From NCBI GenBank assembly GCA_964611725.1, contig CAZTBA010000001.1, forward strand, positions 1,117 to 65,116: a stretch of 64,000 nucleotides of DNA, read 5' to 3'. The notes below the pieces were generated by a model. That model searched no databases and was not told the origin of the DNA. It worked only from the letters and a program-made list of their open reading frames with translations. The DNA comes from an uncultured bacterium. GTDB taxonomy: Bacteria > Latescibacterota > CAZTBA01. Position numbers and translations under genes: made by a program. Positions 59,760 through 64,000 of this stretch are shown here, piece by piece; the stretch's first letter is position 1, and each line of letters starts with the position of its first letter.

Positions 59760-60190
59760 CCTATGGGAAATGTCGATTTCAGAAGTGATTCCAGGAGAAT
59801 ATCACCCGCAATCAATGTTGGGCAAATAGTTTCGATACCGAGAGTACTGTATATCTTTTCCCGATTTGGATCGAACACCCGCGCTATGACTTTCGGTACA
59901 TGGAAGATCTTCTTGGCAACCTGAGCAACCATCAGGTTCATATTATCCTCACATGTAGTAGCAATAACCAGATCTGCTTTATCGGCCTTAGCCTGCTTCA
60001 TTACAGCGAATTCCGTTGCATCTCCTTCTAATCGAAATCCGCTGTATTCAGCAGAAAGGGCACTAAAAGCCGATTCATCAATATCAATTGTTACCACGCT
60101 ATGTCCTTCTCGGCTTAGCCTGTTGGCAAGGTGTGAACCAAGACGACCACAGCCTACGATAACTATGAAAAGGCTTTGGTCATTTGACAT
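59756..60190 (-). CDS. TrkA-N (RCK N-terminal) domain protein
   Basis: IVIVGCGRLGSHLANRL...VVTIDID. Confidence 0.8.
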   Translation of the reverse strand: MSNDQSLFIVIVGCGRLGSHLANRLSREGHSVVTIDIDESAFSALSAEYSGFRLEGDATEFAVMKQAKADKADLVIATTCEDNMNLMVAQVAKKIFHVPKVIARVFDPNREKIYSTLGIETICPTLIAGDILLESLLKSTFPIG

Positions 60191-60204
60191 TTATCTAGTC
60201 TCCT

Positions 60205-60894
60205 TCATTCCTTTTTTTCTTCTTTAACCCTTCCTAAGATAATGTTTCCTTTTGGCTTCCAAGCTACTAACCGGTCAAGATTTTCTCTTGCCGGTTCATA
60301 TTTAGGATCGACTGTCAGTGCCATCCGATAATTCTTCTGTGCCTCAGGCATTTTCCCCTGAATTTCCAGAAGAGCTCCCAGGAAATTAAACGCTTCTGGG
60401 CGGGCAGGGTCGAGGGAGATGGCCTTACGCACATACTCAACTGCCGCAGCGAAATGTCTGTCTCCGACACACCTTCTGGCAAGTTCGATGTAGGATCTAT
60501 AATCTACTGCTTTCCGCTCATCGATCTTTTCTCTATCGATCACCTGGGATACCAACTCCCGAATCTCCTTTGGAGCAAATGGCTTTTGAATGAAGTCCAC
60601 AGCGCCATGTTTCATGGCTTCCACTGCCGACTCAATCGTGCCATGAGCCGTAATAATAATAACGCGAATATCTGGTCGGATCTCACAAACCTGGCGAAGC
60701 ACATCCATGCCATCTATGCCAGGCATTTTGAGATCCAGAAGAATCAGATCAAATTCTTTCTCTTTGAGCTTAGCAAGTGCCTCCTCACCGTTTACGGCGG
60801 TATCTGTTTCCAGCTCCAGAGAATCCAGGGTCTGGGATAGAGTCAAACGAATGTTCTTCTCGTCATCAACGATCAAAACAGATTTACCTTTCAT
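60205..60894 (-). CDS. response regulator with a C-terminal TPR domain
   Basis: Start set at ATG 60894 (AAGGAGAG upstream). VLIVDDEKN...LILLDLKMPGIDG...DFIQKPF, then TPR-like AVEYVRKAISLDPARPEAFNFLGALLEIQGKMPEAQKNYRMALTVDP. Confidence 0.8.
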   Translation of the reverse strand: MKGKSVLIVDDEKNIRLTLSQTLDSLELETDTAVNGEEALAKLKEKEFDLILLDLKMPGIDGMDVLRQVCEIRPDIRVIIITAHGTIESAVEAMKHGAVDFIQKPFAPKEIRELVSQVIDREKIDERKAVDYRSYIELARRCVGDRHFAAAVEYVRKAISLDPARPEAFNFLGALLEIQGKMPEAQKNYRMALTVDPKYEPARENLDRLVAWKPKGNIILGRVKEEKKE

Positions 60895-60916
60895 AGTTCC
60901 ACTCTCCTTATTGGGA

Positions 60917-62755
60917 TTATTCCGCGATCGGGAGCGTGAAAGTGAAAGTGCTCCCTTCGCCAGGGATTGAATTAACCCAGATGGTACCTCCATGAGCGCG
61001 GATAATCTCCTTAGAAATGGCCAATCCAAGGCCACTGCCACCAGCCTCTTTGTCACCTTTAACCTGTACAAATTTGTCAAAGATCTTCGACTGATACTCA
61101 TATGGAATCCCAATCCCGTTGTCACTGACCGAAATGTGGGCCTGGGGACCCACTCGCTCAGCGGAAAGGTGAATATGTCCTCCACTATTGGTGTAACGCA
61201 AGGCATTAGATATTAAATTGGTCAACACCCATGTTATCTTGTTGGCATCCGCCTTAAGATCGGGCAGCTTTTCCGGAAGTTCAAAAGAGAACTCAATAGA
61301 CTTTTCATCTGCCTGAGGTTTCAAAACCGCAATTGCCTTCTCAAATAGTATTTTCACAGGAAAACGGTCAAATTCCATCTCCATCTTGCCAGCCTCGATC
61401 TTCGAGATATCCAACAGATCATCGACAAGAGTTCTAAGTCTCTGTTGTTCCTCGTGGGCCGCTGAGAGTAGCTCTTGTTCTTTCTCATTTAGCTTATCTA
61501 CAGCGCTTTCCATGAGTAGGTCTATGCTCATACCCATACTCGTCAACGGGGTCCTCAGCTCATGGGAGACAGCCATAACAAACTCGCTCTTCAGACGGTT
61601 AAGCTCCTTGAGGCTTGTTACATCGCGTAAAAGCAACACACCTCCTAGTATAGAACCGGCTTTTATATGGACAGGCGTGATCGAAAACTGGTAATGGTGT
61701 TGCTTATTGTCCCGCTGCACTGTAAATGTATTCTTACCCTCCCCAATTCTTGGAGGCTTTCCAGATTCAATTGATTCTTTCAGGTACTTGAATAACTCCT
61801 CACTCTTGATTATTTCGAGAAAATGCTTATTCTGTACCGAATCCAGTTCAACATCAAGTGCTTCAGCCGCTTTCGGATTCATGTCGGTTACTTTGAACTC
61901 AGCATCCACCACCACGATACCATCATCAATACTCCGGATGATAGATTCGCTCTTCTGTTTCTCCGCCACAATCTGTCCCACGTTCAGATTATGGTATGCC
62001 TTTAATTTTCCGATCATTTTGTTAAACTCTTTGGCAAGACGTCCAAGTTCATCAGTAGAACGGGCTGACACTTCGACTTCATAGTTGCCTTCAGCTATCT
62101 CCTGTGTTGCCTCCACAATCCGCTGAAGCGGTCTCACAACGATATTTGACAGCAACAGGCTAAATCCTAGCCCCAGCCCTACAGCAGCTAAACCAATAAT
62201 AGCCATGGACAATAGGGATCTTCTTGCAACATACCGCGCACGATCACTGGCTCCGAACATGGTTTCCTGGTTGATCTCCCGCAGACGAATGCATCCATCA
62301 CGGACTGATTTAAATGACGGTAGAACTGTCTCATGATAAAATACAGCAGCCTTCCGGGGTTCGCTTTGATAGAGCAGTTTGAGTTCATAGAAATTAACTA
62401 TGTAAGATGAATATCCCGTTTCTATAGTAATGATAATCTTGTCTTCGCCCTCGATGGTGATATTATCTTTTGCCCGAGATAGCCATTGCAAAAACTGGCT
62501 CTCGTTTTCGTGAAACTGCCTTGTCCCCTCACTACCGTAACCAAGAATCACCAGAAGTATCGCACTGTCCTGCCGCTCGATCGCATCGATCATATTCTCA
62601 GCTGCAAGAATACTCTTGTAATTTTCTCTCAGGATAGCATCGCTAGCCTGGCCCAAACTGATCAGATTTATGAACGCCCATACGAAGACCACAATTATTA
62701 AAACGAGGGCTATTCCATACCCGATCAGTATCTTTTTGCGAAGTGTCCAATTCAT
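60917..62755 (-). CDS. membrane sensor histidine kinase (TM / periplasmic 4-helix-like domain / HAMP / PAS / HisKA / HATPase_c)
   Basis: H-box VSHELRTPL, N box LISNALRYT, G boxes DNGIGI and GSGLGLAI, and two TM segments. Confidence 0.9.
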   Translation of the reverse strand: MNWTLRKKILIGYGIALVLIIVVFVWAFINLISLGQASDAILRENYKSILAAENMIDAIERQDSAILLVILGYGSEGTRQFHENESQFLQWLSRAKDNITIEGEDKIIITIETGYSSYIVNFYELKLLYQSEPRKAAVFYHETVLPSFKSVRDGCIRLREINQETMFGASDRARYVARRSLLSMAIIGLAAVGLGLGFSLLLSNIVVRPLQRIVEATQEIAEGNYEVEVSARSTDELGRLAKEFNKMIGKLKAYHNLNVGQIVAEKQKSESIIRSIDDGIVVVDAEFKVTDMNPKAAEALDVELDSVQNKHFLEIIKSEELFKYLKESIESGKPPRIGEGKNTFTVQRDNKQHHYQFSITPVHIKAGSILGGVLLLRDVTSLKELNRLKSEFVMAVSHELRTPLTSMGMSIDLLMESAVDKLNEKEQELLSAAHEEQQRLRTLVDDLLDISKIEAGKMEMEFDRFPVKILFEKAIAVLKPQADEKSIEFSFELPEKLPDLKADANKITWVLTNLISNALRYTNSGGHIHLSAERVGPQAHISVSDNGIGIPYEYQSKIFDKFVQVKGDKEAGGSGLGLAISKEIIRAHGGTIWVNSIPGEGSTFTFTLPIAE

Positions 62756-62805
62756 GGTTAACTACCTCTCATCATCGAAGCCCAGTTGAGTTCTTTCTGG
62801 TTTCC

Positions 62806-62994
62806 TCATGAAAGATCACTCTTTGCGCGGGCCATCGACTCCCACAGACCATATAGAGTGCCTGCCGCAAGATCAACCGCCAGATATGGCCTTATCGCCC
62901 ATCCTATAATCCTACGGGAGAGCAGATCCTCAATGGCACACATATGCAGCCAACCTTCGCCTATGGAGATGCTTCCGCCAGCCATAATAGCCAC
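62806..62994 (-). pseudogene. remnant of an IS3-family transposase (rve integrase core)
   Basis: GEGWLHMCAIEDLLSRRIIGWAI resembles the GWLYLAVVIDLFSRRIVGW block. The downstream frame-shifted ..IFHEE.. piece suggests decay. Confidence 0.55.
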
Positions 62995-63067
62995 TTCTGA
63001 AAACCCTCAACACCAGGTACATCACCACTATAGGAAAATGTTCTGATACTCCTCGATAGGTAACATT

Positions 63068-63283
63068 TCAATCCGTTACAGGAATAAGATGATAGACACG
63101 AGCTAGCTTGTTCGCCGTCAAAACATCCCCGCGCCTTAATGCTTCTCGTACATCATCCAATTTCTCTGCATCTTCAAGAGACAGATAAGGTGCCCATCCC
63201 TCATCCGAATCGATCAGCTCAACCTCCACCTCAGCAGCATAGTTGCCCTCATGTACAAGCTTCGCATGCTTTCTTCTACTCAT
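63068..63283 (-). CDS. 71-aa putative antitoxin-like partner of the DUF4258 protein
   Basis: ATGA start/stop overlap with the upstream gene. No motif recognised. Confidence 0.45.
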   Translation of the reverse strand: MSRRKHAKLVHEGNYAAEVEVELIDSDEGWAPYLSLEDAEKLDDVREALRRGDVLTANKLARVYHLIPVTD

Positions 63284-63603
63284 CTTCTTCTCTCCATGAA
63301 ATCTTCTGTCCAAATCGAGCGGTCAGGTTTGTAGGCAGTAACCAGTACAGCGGGTGAGGAAGCGTTCTTTGGGATACCCCATACCACATGAATTGGATTT
63401 CCTTCTTTATCCCTCTGTAGCACGAGGACACACGGTCCCTTCGGGTATTCAGGATAGTCTTCTACAACCCTGCCACCTCTTAAGCTACTTATAATATCCC
63501 TTACTAAAAGACCTTCCTCGGCCAATTCGCTATACCCATGGTCGGATATTCTAACCTCACCCTTTTCTACAAGATCAATTATTTTCCTAAAAGTTCGACT
63601 CAT
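63280..63603 (-). CDS. DUF4258-family putative toxin
   Basis: VRISDHGYSELAEEGLLVRDIISSL..GRVVEDYPEYPKGPCVLVLQRDKEGNPIHVVWG is the typical DUF4258 pattern. Confidence 0.7.
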   Translation of the reverse strand: MSRTFRKIIDLVEKGEVRISDHGYSELAEEGLLVRDIISSLRGGRVVEDYPEYPKGPCVLVLQRDKEGNPIHVVWGIPKNASSPAVLVTAYKPDRSIWTEDFMERRR

Positions 63604-63747
63604 AACCAGTTAGAGGTGATATTGTCTATTTTACAACCTAGCTTTGAAAGAATACATATATAGCCATAGGAAATGAGAAGTCTCCCCCTATATAAGTTCT
63701 CCCTATGAGTCACAAGCCTCTGATTATTTCTTCTTCCCATCTCTTGG

Positions 63748-63894
63748 TCACCCATAGGGCACCTTCTTTTTTCGCAAGTGACCGTATTTCTCCTTGAGTT
63801 CATGAAGAAATATCTCACGGTTGGAAAGATATTTCTCGCTCAACTCCTCTCGAACCTTCCTTTGGAATTTTACAGCATCAAATCTCTTCTTCAT
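63748..63894 (-). CDS. 48-aa basic mini-ORF (hand-found)
   Basis: MKKRFDAVKFQRKVREELSEKYLSNREIFLHELKEKYGHLRKKKVPYG. ORF only. Confidence 0.25.
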   Translation of the reverse strand: MKKRFDAVKFQRKVREELSEKYLSNREIFLHELKEKYGHLRKKKVPYG

Positions 63895-63921
63895 AGATAA
63901 TCTCCCTTGGACTTCTTATCT

Positions 63922-64000
63922 CTAAGTGGAAAGCCAAAAAGATTTTGACATAATAGCAGCCTTAGTTTTGATTTCCTGTGGTGTCAGGTCATATAGCCAT
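63922..64000 (-). mobile_element. end of an IS630-family element: terminal inverted repeat plus the last ~26 codons of the transposase, continuing past the right edge
   Basis: The reverse complement reads ..WLYDLTPQEIKTKAAIMSKSFWLST*, followed by the TIR. About 90 percent identical by eye to 28823..28900. Confidence 0.6.

Overview
64-kb bacterial window. Every gene I consider credible lies on the minus strand, and the + strand ORFs in the track look like antisense shadows. No rRNA, tRNA or CRISPR array was recognised. The gene content suggests an anaerobe: 1Fe superoxide reductase, sigma54 regulators, many PAS and hybrid histidine kinases.

Layout:
1. 1-1042: an IS1634-like transposase running off the left edge. 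It is absent from the ORF track.
2. 1.1-6.0 kb: response regulators, a GGDEF cyclase and a hybrid kinase. They carry a 360-bp segmental duplication that puts one sensor N-terminus on two different outputs.
3. 6.9-24.1 kb: a complete gas-vesicle locus.
   - Structural operon: gvpA, GvpC-like, gvpN, GvpV-like, gvpF, gvpG, gvpK and GvpA/J/M paralogues.
   - Regulatory operon: NtrC-type activator, PAS kinase, response regulators and two more GvpF/L genes.
   - Two good sigma54 -24/-12 promoters.
   - Non-canonical inserts: a tandem ArsA/Get3 ATPase, an Hsp20-CDC48-Hsp20 module, and zinc-finger and transmembrane mini-proteins.
4. 24.3-29.6 kb: an 1180-aa hybrid kinase, a truncated receiver pseudogene, an IS630-derived MITE and decayed DNA.
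5. 29.6-31.1 kb: aldo/keto reductase and superoxide reductase.
6. About 31.2-57.5 kb: an accessory island.
   - A short tyrosine recombinase with lox/dif-like arm repeats.
   - A T4CP plus Replic_Relax mobilisation module.
   - A Type III-like R-M pair with an HsdR_N/DUF5655 gene.
   - The most interesting part, at 38.3-46.9 kb. A CHAT protease / sigma factor / zf-HC2 anti-sigma (HEPN-like C-terminus) operon ends in a strong terminator. It is followed by a NYN RNase / Gly-terminated Ubl / E2 / JAB::E1 fusion / cold-shock-domain operon.
   - I interpret this as a candidate CRISPR-independent, protease-gated sigma switch coupled to a ubiquitin-like conjugation module. That is inference and needs profile searches and experiments.
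7. 57.6-62.8 kb: a Trk potassium uptake operon with a kinase and a REC-TPR regulator.
8. 62.8-64.0 kb: an IS3 remnant, a DUF4258 toxin-antitoxin-like pair, and the end of a full IS630-family element that matches the MITE at 28.7 kb.

All family assignments come from motif reading by eye. No database search was run.
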